Origin: an uncultured bacterium
GTDB lineage: Bacteria > Hydrogenedentota > Hydrogenedentia > Hydrogenedentales > JAEUWI01
NCBI GenBank assembly: GCA_963977445.1
Contig: CAXBPH010000019.1
Location: forward strand, 1-42,536
Direction of reading: 5' to 3'
DNA length: 42,536 nt
Position numbers and translations under genes: made by a program. Of this stretch, positions 8,577-17,425 are shown one piece after another. Position 1 is the first letter of the stretch, and the number at the start of each line of letters is the position of its first letter. The notes beneath the pieces were generated by a model. The model saw only the letters and a list, made by a program, of their open reading frames with translations, ran no database searches and had not been told where the DNA came from.

Positions 8577-9599
8577 TTAGAGAATAAGCATCACGTCGCC
8601 ATAGGAGTAAAAACGAAACTTCTCCCGAATCGCATGCTGATAGGCTTCCATGATCAGGTCCCGTCCCGCAAAGGCAAAGACCAGGGCGAGGAGGCTCGAC
8701 TTGGGCAGGTGAAAGTTAGTTTGTAACACATCCACCCCGCCAAAGGTGTAGGGCGGATAAATATACTTGTCCGTCCGGCCTTCACCCGGGTGAAAGGCTC
8801 CGTCCCGAAACTGTGTTTCAAGAGTCCGTGTAGCCGTGGTGCCCACCGCCACAACGCGCCCACCGTCTCGACGGGTCCCGTTCAACACATTCGCCGCCTC
8901 TTCAGAAACGAGGAACTCTTCCGGGTCTACATAGTGCTCTTCCAACGTTGATGCGGAAATGGGCTTGAAGGTCCCATAGCCCACATGCAGGGTAATCGCC
9001 GTTCGTGCCACCCCTTTTTTCTCCAGGGCGGCAAAGACCTCCGGCGTAAAATGAAGTCCCGCCGTCGGCGCGGCTACGGCACCGTGATGGGCCGCATAGA
9101 CCGTCTGGTAACGCCGTAAATCGCTGTCCACCTGGGTGTCCCGATGAATGTAGGGGGGCAGGGGAAGTTCCCCAATGGACTCGAGGGTCTCAATGACGTC
9201 GGGTCGGTCGAAGCAAACCCGCCGTCGCCCTTCGGGTAGGACTTCCGTTACCGTGGCCACCACGCCGCCTGCCAATTGGACCGGCGTGCCGGGTTTTACC
9301 TTGGCCGAAGGACGCACCAGGGCCGTCCAGGTGCCGGGCGCTTCTTCGTGTAGCAGAAATATTTCAACCTTGCCGCCGGTGGCTTTCTGCCCATGGAGCC
9401 GCGCGCGAATAACCCGCGTGTCGTTCAGCGCCAGGCAATCGCCCTGGTTCAGATAGGTGGGCAGATTGGAGAAGACATCTTCGTGGATGCGCCCCGAGCT
9501 GCGGTCGATGACCAGCATGCGGGATTGGTCCCGATCGGGGCAGGGGGCCTGGGCGATAAGTTCTTCGGGCAATTCGTAATAGAGATCGTCAACGAGCAT
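8577..9599 (-). CDS. queA: S-adenosylmethionine:tRNA ribosyltransferase-isomerase
   Basis: LPEELIAQ, LNDTRVIRARL, PLPPYI, AAPTAGLHFT, LHVGYGTF, TNFHLPKSSLL, FRFYSYGD. Confidence 0.98.
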   Translation of the reverse strand: MLVDDLYYELPEELIAQAPCPDRDQSRMLVIDRSSGRIHEDVFSNLPTYLNQGDCLALNDTRVIRARLHGQKATGGKVEIFLLHEEAPGTWTALVRPSAKVKPGTPVQLAGGVVATVTEVLPEGRRRVCFDRPDVIETLESIGELPLPPYIHRDTQVDSDLRRYQTVYAAHHGAVAAPTAGLHFTPEVFAALEKKGVARTAITLHVGYGTFKPISASTLEEHYVDPEEFLVSEEAANVLNGTRRDGGRVVAVGTTATRTLETQFRDGAFHPGEGRTDKYIYPPYTFGGVDVLQTNFHLPKSSLLALVFAFAGRDLIMEAYQHAIREKFRFYSYGDVMLIL

Positions 9600-9724
9600 G
9601 AGTATATACGGGCCTGGTGGTGGTTGGGATTGGCGGGAGGCATTCCGCAGCCTCGGCCTCTGATCATATCATGGTCTGCGGGCTCACCTGTATTCGGTCG
9701 CAGGGATGTCGGCGCGGACAGTTT

Positions 9725-10096
9725 TCGACGGGTAGGTGCCCCGTGGTTGGCGTTGAGACGTATGGCCCGTCGGTAACGGTACCCAAAACTCGCTTCCCCA
9801 CCGAATCTACCCGCAACGCAGGGCGAGGCCGTCCCGGGACAGCCTCAGCCCCGTGATCAGGCTCAGGGACGCGAACGCAGGCCAGCAGTTCAACTGTCGT
9901 GCACTCACCGTACCCGTCGACGGCTGTGGATGTCCTGTGGCTGGCGACGACTACGCTGGGTCGGCATCGCCCGCCACGGTACGTCCTTACCAACGACGGG
10001 ACATCCACACCGGTCATCGTGCGATTCGCTGAGCGAAGTGCTTTAGGGCGACGGCGCGGCACCCAATCTACCCACATCGTGTGGCGAGGCCGTCCC
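9725..10096. repeat. Cluster of degenerate direct and inverted repeats (REP/BIME-like)
   Basis: Direct repeat AATCTACCC-N9/10-GGCGAGGCCGTCCC at about 9804 and 10065; inverted pairs TCGACGGGTA/TACCCGTCGA and TGTGGATGTCC/GGACATCCACA. Confidence 0.55.
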
Positions 10097-10102
10097 CGCA
10101 AC

Positions 10103-10134
10103 AAAAAAAGCCCCCGATGCTGCGTCGGGGGTCT
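10103..10134 (-). terminator. Rho-independent terminator of the lipoprotein gene
   Basis: CCCCCGA...TCGGGGG hairpin followed by a T-tract on the minus strand. Confidence 0.8.
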
Positions 10135-10157
10135 GAAGTTCTCATTGGCTCAAAAGT

Positions 10158-10985
10158 CTATTCTATGACTTCAGGGAAGCTCACGGTAATGGAATAAACC
10201 ACCGGGTCTAGATCCTGCATCACGGGGTGGTCGGAACTGAATTCTGTGTCCCCGGCGACTTCGAAATACTTTTCCTGGGGATAGTTTGGTTTTCCTTCAA
10301 CGTCAGGCTGAAAGGTGAGGCCGAAACATACGGGCTGAAAACCCTTTTCCGGATCTTCGTGGGGGAGGCCTTTGATGGCCCCGTCATTGGATTCGCAGAG
10401 GGAGCCGCCGTAATCCCACTCAAAGCCGAAAAGCTTAAAGGGTTTGCCATTGATTTCCTGCACCTTCGTGAGTGGGGTGCCCAGCGAGATGCCTTCGGCC
10501 GTCTTCCAGACCGATGAGGTGCCCGAAAACTGGATGGAGACGGGCTTGGACTTCGATTTCGGATTTTCCCAGGAGATGCGCAGGGCCTTCGTTTCGTCGT
10601 CTACGAAGAGGCCCGTGCCCATTTCGCTTTCACCCTCACCAAAAAAGAATTCCGCATCGGTTACATTTGCTTTGCCATAGGCCTCAATCAATTGGGCTTC
10701 TGTCGACATAGCGGTAATTTTGCCTACACGCTCTCCGGGCACGATGAGCCAATCCTCCGCCGGTGCATCGGGTGTCGCGGCCATCTCCGGCGCGGGCGTC
10801 GTGGGGGCGACAGGTGTTGGCTCGGCGGCTGCGGGCGCTTTTACTTCCGGTGCCGCAGGGGCTTCCACCGCAGGCGCGTCGTCGGCCTTATCAGCCGGGG
10901 GTGTTGCTTTACTACAACCGACAACCAGTAAGCAGGCCACGGATCCGAGGATGATTAGTCGTATGAGATTTTGTTTGCTCAGCAT
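10158..10985 (-). CDS. Hypothetical lipoprotein with Pro/Ala-rich linker
   Basis: Lipobox VVGC, PA-rich linker, globular domain with GKPFKLFGFEWDYGG; GGAG RBS. Confidence 0.8.
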   Translation of the reverse strand: MLSKQNLIRLIILGSVACLLVVGCSKATPPADKADDAPAVEAPAAPEVKAPAAAEPTPVAPTTPAPEMAATPDAPAEDWLIVPGERVGKITAMSTEAQLIEAYGKANVTDAEFFFGEGESEMGTGLFVDDETKALRISWENPKSKSKPVSIQFSGTSSVWKTAEGISLGTPLTKVQEINGKPFKLFGFEWDYGGSLCESNDGAIKGLPHEDPEKGFQPVCFGLTFQPDVEGKPNYPQEKYFEVAGDTEFSSDHPVMQDLDPVVYSITVSFPEVIE

Positions 10986-11282
10986 TGTGGGGTGATTTCT
11001 CCATGCATATACGTTGGTCGATGCGAATCAGTCGATTGATGAATTCGCCACTACTTCAATGAGTGTACAAGGTGCCCCAAAACCGGTGCAAACTTTATTG
11101 ACAGCGCTATTAATAACAAGAGTTATTCGATAAATGTCGGGCCTGTCCAAAGGTGTCGGTTGTCAAGTTTTAGTCAAAAATGACCAAGAAAAGCCGCATT
11201 GGTTGGTGATGCTGCGTTGATGAATGTACATATTTTTAGCTAAGCTACTACCATAGTGCTGCTTACAAAAGTCTATTCGAAT

Positions 11283-11335
11283 CGGTATGATTCTTGCGCT
11301 AGTTATGGCAACTTGGAGAGGGCATGGGCTGTGCT
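11283..11335 (+). promoter_or_regulatory. Two sigma54 (-24/-12)-like motifs upstream of the PEP-CTERM gene
   Basis: CGGTATGATTCTTGCG (11283-11298) and GGGCATGGGCTGTGCT (11320-11335), both with GG-N10-GC spacing. Confidence 0.5.
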
Positions 11336-11441
11336 TGGGCAAGGCGCTTGGGGTTGTTGTCGGCACAATTCATTTCTTACTCCTTTTTGATCGTCCATCG
11401 TGTGCTGGAGATCCATTTTTTGGCAGGGGATTAGTCCCTAA

Positions 11442-12275
11442 ATGAGGAGAAGTAAGTTGAAGAACAAAATGATTTTGGGCGCTGCTTTCGCAGCCACACT
11501 TTTTTTGGCGGGCAACGCTTCGGCCGTCATCACCTATGACCAACAGGTTACCCCCGCAAATGGCGTGCCCGGTCAGATGATTTTTGGCGACGGCAATGGC
11601 AACGGCTCTTTTACCATTGACCAGAATAATGGAATCGAGCTTGGTCTTCGGGGCAAGTTGCGTCACAACGCATTGGGACAACCCGAGAATACGTTTAACA
11701 GCAATGGTGACGGCACCTACAGTTTTCAGAACATTGTTGGGCCGGGACAGAGTTCACCCACGGCCGAGTGGAGTTTCGAATGGGCCATAAACACCGATTT
11801 TGACGGTTCTTCTGGATTCAATCTCAATCAGCTCGACTATGTCTTGGGCATTGACTACAATCCTGGTGTTGGTGAAACCCACCTGACTTTCGATCCCATC
11901 AACGGTAACAATCCCAACACTGGAACCGTTTTCTGGGATCACTCCATCGGCGATAACACCACCGGCGGCGGATTAGGTGTCGAAGCAACCAGTGCCGGAC
12001 AGTACGGCACCCTCATTGCCGACAACAATGTTGCCCAGCAGTCCTGGAAGCCCCACTGGTTCATTGGAGCGTTAGGATTCGATCCCACCGTTAACGGTAC
12101 CTATAACATCTTCCTGACCGCTTACGAAAAGGGTACGACCAATGTGTTGGCCCATTCCGAAATCGACATCATCGTCGGTTCCGGTGCTCCGGTACCCGAG
12201 CCCGCTACCATGACCCTTCTTGGTCTTGGTCTTGCCGGTCTCGGTCTTCGCAGCCGCAAGCGCAAGAAGGCGTAA
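11442..12275 (+). CDS. PEP-CTERM sorting-domain surface protein (start may be a few codons downstream)
   Basis: Signal peptide (..NASA); G/N/T/D-rich body; C-terminal VPEPATMTLLGLGLAGLGLRSRKRKKA. Confidence 0.93.
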   Translation: MRRSKLKNKMILGAAFAATLFLAGNASAVITYDQQVTPANGVPGQMIFGDGNGNGSFTIDQNNGIELGLRGKLRHNALGQPENTFNSNGDGTYSFQNIVGPGQSSPTAEWSFEWAINTDFDGSSGFNLNQLDYVLGIDYNPGVGETHLTFDPINGNNPNTGTVFWDHSIGDNTTGGGLGVEATSAGQYGTLIADNNVAQQSWKPHWFIGALGFDPTVNGTYNIFLTAYEKGTTNVLAHSEIDIIVGSGAPVPEPATMTLLGLGLAGLGLRSRKRKKA

Positions 12276-12319
12276 TAATTTTAGCTAGATAATCATGTGT
12301 CTCACATGAAATGATTGTT

Positions 12320-12351
12320 ACCGCATGGCCTGCTGGCCATGCGGTTTTTTT
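12320..12351 (+). terminator. Rho-independent terminator
   Basis: ACCGCATGGCC-TGCT-GGCCATGCGGT followed by a T-tract. Confidence 0.9.
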
Positions 12352-12525
12352 ATGTTGTCTCGTTTGTTTTGATATCGGGGTCGTGCTAAAGTCATCTTTT
12401 CGGCACGACGCAATCTGGTACACTGCCGGCCGCACTTGACCTCCCCCAGGGGGTGTGATTTAATTGTACTTACCAGTCGTTAAACGAATTTATTGACTCA
12501 TTCTTACAAGGAGGCTCATACGCAC

Positions 12526-12849
12526 ATGTCTGAGGTAGCCGCATTTTTTGATCAGGTGTCCGAAAAAGTTAACAAAGATAAAATCCAGGGTATGGATTGC
12601 ATCTATCAGTTCGATATTACGGGCGATGACGGTGGCCAGTGGTACATCACCATTGCCGGCGGGGACGCAACCGTAACGCAGGGTGCTGCAGAAAGCCCCA
12701 GCATCACCATCACCATGGAAGCGTCCAACTTCATCAACTTGCTTCAGGGCAAGCTGAACCCCCAAATGGCCTTCATGACGGGAAAACTGAAAATCAAAGG
12801 CGATATGGCCCTGGCCTTGAAGCTGCAGAGTGTTTTCAGTCTGGGTTAA
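12526..12849 (+). CDS. SCP2 sterol/lipid-binding domain protein
   Basis: YQFDITG..GGQWY, GKLNPQMAFMTGKLKIKGDMALALKL; AAGGAGG RBS; TTGACC-N17-TTTAAT promoter at about 12436. Confidence 0.93.
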   Translation: MSEVAAFFDQVSEKVNKDKIQGMDCIYQFDITGDDGGQWYITIAGGDATVTQGAAESPSITITMEASNFINLLQGKLNPQMAFMTGKLKIKGDMALALKLQSVFSLG

Positions 12850-12850
12850 G

Positions 12851-13639
12851 TTGAAATCAAATTGCGGGAGCACCTTTGGGCTGCTCCCGTTGTTTTTGGC
12901 TATGGGCCTGCTCAGTCTTGGCCTGACCGCCTGTGGTGGTCGACCCCAATACCGGGATTCGGCGGAAACGCTCGTGACGGCCGACGGGGTAACCCTCGTT
13001 GCCCACGCCTACGTGCCCCCTGTTGAGACATCGCCGGGATTGGTGCTACTTCACCGTGCCGGGGGAGATCGGCACGTGTGGGACGGTTTTGCGACCCGTG
13101 CGCAGCAATCGGGCTACCGGGTCCTGGCGCTGGACCTTCGGGGCCAGGGCGAGAGCCGGTCGGCGGGGGATAGCATCCTGGATTTTCGCCAGTTCAGTGA
13201 CGATGACTGGCGGCGGGCATCCCTCGACATCGACGCCGCGCTACAGCGGTTGAAGGCGCTGGGGGCCGCGCCGGACGACCTCTTCCTCGTGGGCGAGGGT
13301 TTTGGCGCCAACCTTGCCCTCCACTATGCGACGGAACACCCGGAAATACAAGGCGTTGTGCTCCTGTCGCCCGGGGCCGAATACCACGGAATCGAGGTAG
13401 CTCCCCTCATCCATCCCCTGCGCACCCGCCCCCTGTTGCTACTCTGGGGACAGCGGGATGATTATGCGGCGGCCTGCGCCACCACCATCCAGCAATTGGC
13501 AGAAGGTCACCTGGAAATTCGGGTCTATCCTGGCGGGGCCCAAGGGGCAGACCTGTTCGCGACCGCCCCGGAAGCCATGGGTCAGGTACTCGTGTGGCTC
13601 GACCAGATGCTTGCGTCTCCCCCCGCGCCAGCGACCTGA
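12851..13639 (+). CDS. Lipoprotein with alpha/beta-hydrolase fold, catalytic Ser and His absent (start uncertain: TTG 12851 or ATG 12902)
   Basis: Lipobox LTAC; LVLLH, ALDLRGQGES, VGEGFGAN at the nucleophile elbow, VVLLSPG, YPGGAQG. Confidence 0.8.
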   Translation: MKSNCGSTFGLLPLFLAMGLLSLGLTACGGRPQYRDSAETLVTADGVTLVAHAYVPPVETSPGLVLLHRAGGDRHVWDGFATRAQQSGYRVLALDLRGQGESRSAGDSILDFRQFSDDDWRRASLDIDAALQRLKALGAAPDDLFLVGEGFGANLALHYATEHPEIQGVVLLSPGAEYHGIEVAPLIHPLRTRPLLLLWGQRDDYAAACATTIQQLAEGHLEIRVYPGGAQGADLFATAPEAMGQVLVWLDQMLASPPAPAT

Positions 13640-13675
13640 AACCAAGTCTGGATCGCCCCGATTTAGGGGCAAAAG

Positions 13676-13704
13676 TTGACACCTACGCTGTGGAAGCCTA
13701 CAAT
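13676..13704 (+). promoter_or_regulatory. Sigma70 promoter for the DUF494 gene
   Basis: TTGACA-N17-TACAAT. Confidence 0.7.
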
Positions 13705-13848
13705 ATCCGTGTGATTAGAGCGTTTCGGGGCGACGCGTTCTGGACCCGGATTGATGTCTCAATCTGGCGTAGATTCGGAACAGGCAGCGCGTCCAACAGA
13801 GTCGAATGCTGGATTTGAGGTTGGGTTCATAACCCTCCGGCAAGGGAG

Positions 13849-14313
13849 ATGCATATGAAGCAAGCGCTCACAGAGTTGATAGATGTCATACTCCAGCGCC
13901 TGGAGGAATATCCAGATGCGCCACCAACCGAAAATGGTATGCGTTCCTGGCTTGTTGGTCAGGGGTACAATAAACGGGATATCGATGCGGCCATTCGTCT
14001 GGTGGGTGTTCAATTTAATCAAAGCGTGACGAGAGAAGATCGCACCGTGGGCGTCGTTCGTCACCTGTCCCATATGGAAGCGTACAAGCTGACCAGTGAG
14101 GCCCGTGACGCCCTCGCCCGCCTGGAGCTCTATGAGCTTATTGACCCCTACGAGCGGGAGCTGATTCTGGAGCGCGTTGCCCAGATGGAAGGTATGGTGT
14201 CCCTCGAGGATTTGGAATACCTCCTCAGCTGGTTCCTGGTCGGCACCCGGGATGTTGAGACCCAGCAGACCCTTTTTCAGGTCTTCGAAGGTCGCCCCGG
14301 CACCCTGCACTGA
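13849..14313 (+). CDS. smg: DUF494 / Smg family protein
   Basis: L..QGYNKRDIDAAI, RHLSHMEAYKLTSEAR, ERELILER, C-terminal TLH; lies next to topA. Confidence 0.75.
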   Translation: MHMKQALTELIDVILQRLEEYPDAPPTENGMRSWLVGQGYNKRDIDAAIRLVGVQFNQSVTREDRTVGVVRHLSHMEAYKLTSEARDALARLELYELIDPYERELILERVAQMEGMVSLEDLEYLLSWFLVGTRDVETQQTLFQVFEGRPGTLH

Positions 14314-14330
14314 ATCAGATTAACAACGTA

Positions 14331-14374
14331 AATAAAAATCCCCGTCAACGGTGTTGACGGGGATTATTGTTTTT
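14331..14374. terminator. Bidirectional terminator between convergent smg and topA
   Basis: AATCCCCGTCAAC-GGT-GTTGACGGGGATT, flanked by A-rich and T-rich tracts. Confidence 0.88.
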
Positions 14375-14391
14375 GTTTACTCGGGGCTGCC

Positions 14392-17067
14392 TCAGCTGGG
14401 GTCCGCAGCAGGTTTCTTTTTGGCGGCCGCCTTTTTCTTGGCAGCGGGCTTTTTCTTGGCGGCGGCTTTCTTCTTTTTCGCCGGTGCCTTTTTCTTTGTA
14501 CCCTTCTTGGCGGCCTGCTCTTCCAGAAGCTTCATGGATTCTTCGACCGTGATCTTGTCCGGGTCCATCCCCTTGGACAGGGACGCGTTGGTCTTACCAT
14601 CGCTCACGTAGGGGCCATAGCGGCCATCGAAGAGTTCTATTTTCGTTTCCGTATCAGGAATGGTGCCGACTTCGCGGAGCACTTTTTTCTGCCGACCGCG
14701 CCGCTTCGGTTGGGCCAAGAGGGCAAGTGCTTCGTCCATGGTAATGGTGAAGACCTCTTCCCCGGAGCCCAGGCTGCGGTAATCGCCATCATGGACCACA
14801 TAGGGGCCGTAGGGGCCCACGGCCGAACGAACGAGCTTGCCGCTTTCCGGATGGGTGCCGACGTGGCGGGGGAGGCTGAGGTACTTAAGCGCCACTTCGA
14901 GGGTGATATTTTCCATGGCAAAGCCACGGCCAAGGCCGGCCCGTTTGGGTTTCTTCTTGGATTCTTTGTCCACTTCACCGAGCTGAACGTAGGGCCCGTA
15001 GGGTCCCAGGATGGCGTAAATGTTGGCACCCGTCTCCGGATCCTGGCCGATGGGCTCATCCGCCTTCGCGCGGGCTTCGAGCAGGGCTTCCGCGACTTCC
15101 ACCGTCAATTCGTCGTAGGTCAGTCCATCGGGAACCGACGCCGTATTGCCCTGCCCCCCTTCGCCACGCTGGAGGAAGGGTTGGCTGCGGCCAAGTCGGA
15201 CGACGATAGGTTGACCATCGGCCGCGGTGCCGACCGATATGGTGGGAAACTCGATGGATTCCATCTTCGATTCAATTTGCGGCGCAAGTCCGCTGCCAAA
15301 ATCGCCCTTGCCCTGATAAAAGGCCCGGAGAAAGTCCACCCAGTCGAGTTTGCCTTCGGCGATAGCGTCCAGGGCATTTTCCATGCGCGCCGTGAACTTC
15401 AGTTCGACGTATTCATTGAAATGCTCACGAAGGAGCAGGGTCACGGCAATTCCCACAAAGGTGGGTGCCAGGGCCTTGCCATGTTTCTCCACATAGCCAC
15501 GGTTCTGGATGGTTGAAATGGTCGGGGCATAGGTCGATGGGCGACCAATACCTTCCTCTTCCAAGCGTCGGACCAGGGAGGCTTCGTTGAAACGCGCCGG
15601 CGGTTTGGTTTCGTGGCTCAGGGCATTCAGGTTATCGATAGCCACCCGTGCTGAAGGACCTACCTGATCGCCTTCCTTCAGGTCAGGCAACTGGGAGTCC
15701 TTTTGACCACTGTCGGCGACCTTGAGGAAACCGGGAAAGGTAACCACGGATCCGTTGGAGCGGAGGACTATTTTACGATCGCCCACGGTGGCTTCAAAAT
15801 CGATGGTCGTGCGAAGCAATTCGGCATCGGCCATCTGAGAAGCAATGGTGCGGTTCCAGATGAGGCGGTAGAGTTTCAATTCATCGCCGTGGATAATCTT
15901 GGCGGCCTGTTCGGGCGTGCGCCCCAGATGGGTCGGACGAATCGCCTCGTGGGCCTCCTGCGCCATCTTTGATTTGGTGGAAAACTGACGGCGGTGATGA
16001 TAGGCGTCGCCAAACTTTTCCTTAATAACGTTCTCCGCTTCCGACAGCGCCCGGTTGCTCAAGGTGACCGAGTCGGTACGCATGTAGGTAATAAGACCTT
16101 CACGATCGCCGCCACCGAGATCCACACCTTCGTAGAGGCGTTGGGCCACCCGCATGGTGTCCCGGGGTGAGAAGCCCAGGATGGAGCTGGCGGTCTGCTG
16201 GAGCGTCGACGTTATAAAGGGTGCGTAAGGGCGAAGTCTGGCCTCTTTCTGTTGCACCGTCGCCACATTCCAGGGCACGTTGGCCTTGAGGGCTTCACAC
16301 AGGTCGGTGGCCACGTCTTCCTGAATCCAGCGGACCTTGTCCGATTTCAGCAGGCCCGTAGTTTCATCAAAATCTTTACCCGAGGCGATTTTCTGGCCTT
16401 CTACTTCGACCAGGGTTGCCGTGAAAGGAATCTCGTCTGCCGAAAGGGTGGCTTCGATGTCCCAATATACCGCCTTGTGGAAGGCCCGGCGCTCTTCTTC
16501 GCGCTCCACGACCAGACGGACGGCCACACTCTGTACGCGGCCTGCGCTGAGCTGGGTACGGACTTTTTTCCATAACACGGGGGACAGGGAATAGCCGAAG
16601 AGGCGGTCCAGGATGCGGCGGCCTTCCTGGGCACGAACCAGTTCCTGATTAACCTGCCGGGGATTGGCGATAGCTTCGTTTATCGCTTCCTGGGTGATTT
16701 CGTGGAACACGATGCGACTGACGGGCACTTTGGGCTGGAGGATTTCCAGCAAGTGCCAACTGATGGCTTCTCCCTCGCGGTCTTCATCAGTGGCCAGTAC
16801 AATCTCATCCGCGTCTTTCAGCGATTTTTTAAGCTCAGCAATTTGTTTCTTGCTGTCGGGCTGCACCACATAGACCGGGGCAAAATTGTTTTCGACATCC
16901 ACCGCCATGCGGGCCCAGGGCTTTTTCTTTATCGCCGCAGGAATCTCATCGGCTTTACTGGGCAAATCCCGCACGTGGCCGTAGCTTGCGAGGACGGTAT
17001 GGTCCTTACCAAGGAACTTCCCGATCGTTTTCGCTTTCGCCGGGGACTCTACAATAACCAGTTTCAA
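14392..17067 (-). CDS. topA: DNA topoisomerase I (type IA) with Toprim-C repeats and Lys/Ala-rich tail
   Basis: LVIVESPAKAKTI, ATDEDREGE, SAGRVQS, LITYMRTDS, AHEAIRPT, GIGRPSTY; repeated GPYGPYV/GRYGPYV; TTG start with AAGGA RBS. Confidence 0.98.
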   Translation of the reverse strand: MKLVIVESPAKAKTIGKFLGKDHTVLASYGHVRDLPSKADEIPAAIKKKPWARMAVDVENNFAPVYVVQPDSKKQIAELKKSLKDADEIVLATDEDREGEAISWHLLEILQPKVPVSRIVFHEITQEAINEAIANPRQVNQELVRAQEGRRILDRLFGYSLSPVLWKKVRTQLSAGRVQSVAVRLVVEREEERRAFHKAVYWDIEATLSADEIPFTATLVEVEGQKIASGKDFDETTGLLKSDKVRWIQEDVATDLCEALKANVPWNVATVQQKEARLRPYAPFITSTLQQTASSILGFSPRDTMRVAQRLYEGVDLGGGDREGLITYMRTDSVTLSNRALSEAENVIKEKFGDAYHHRRQFSTKSKMAQEAHEAIRPTHLGRTPEQAAKIIHGDELKLYRLIWNRTIASQMADAELLRTTIDFEATVGDRKIVLRSNGSVVTFPGFLKVADSGQKDSQLPDLKEGDQVGPSARVAIDNLNALSHETKPPARFNEASLVRRLEEEGIGRPSTYAPTISTIQNRGYVEKHGKALAPTFVGIAVTLLLREHFNEYVELKFTARMENALDAIAEGKLDWVDFLRAFYQGKGDFGSGLAPQIESKMESIEFPTISVGTAADGQPIVVRLGRSQPFLQRGEGGQGNTASVPDGLTYDELTVEVAEALLEARAKADEPIGQDPETGANIYAILGPYGPYVQLGEVDKESKKKPKRAGLGRGFAMENITLEVALKYLSLPRHVGTHPESGKLVRSAVGPYGPYVVHDGDYRSLGSGEEVFTITMDEALALLAQPKRRGRQKKVLREVGTIPDTETKIELFDGRYGPYVSDGKTNASLSKGMDPDKITVEESMKLLEEQAAKKGTKKKAPAKKKKAAAKKKPAAKKKAAAKKKPAADPS

Positions 17068-17425
17068 TGGGTTTTCCTTAATTCACGGGAAATAGCCGCC
17101 CGCATGTCTGACACGCGGGCAGGTACCCGGATTTGATTCACTCATCAACGGCAGACCTTAACACCTTCTTTGCTTCGGTCTCAAGTAGCCCCAAAAAATA
17201 GTGGTGAAGGCGTTGCCCCTGATTTCCAACAATCAAAAATGTACTCTTCAGCATACGATTTTTCCAATGCGTGCCGATATATAGGGTATTCGCAGTGTCG
17301 GTCCCACGTCAAGGGGGATATGTTTAGTTGTTGTAAATAAAAGACTTATGAACCTGAATCCCGATAAGTCCACTTGCATATGTGAGTCGGTCCGGGCATA
17401 ATAAAGGCTCACGAGACCCCAATCC

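Noticed and set aside
9725..10096. CRISPR array
   Set aside because: Only two degenerate direct repeats about 260 bp apart, no regular spacers and no cas genes.
14392..14520. Tandem AAKKK-type repeats at the 3' end of topA
   Set aside because: This is an ordinary Lys/Ala-rich tail of this TopA type, not a separate repeat element.
17330..17410. Possible dif site near xerC
   Set aside because: The ATAA...TTAT spacing is 5 nt rather than 6, and the XerD arm TTATGTTAAAT is not matched.
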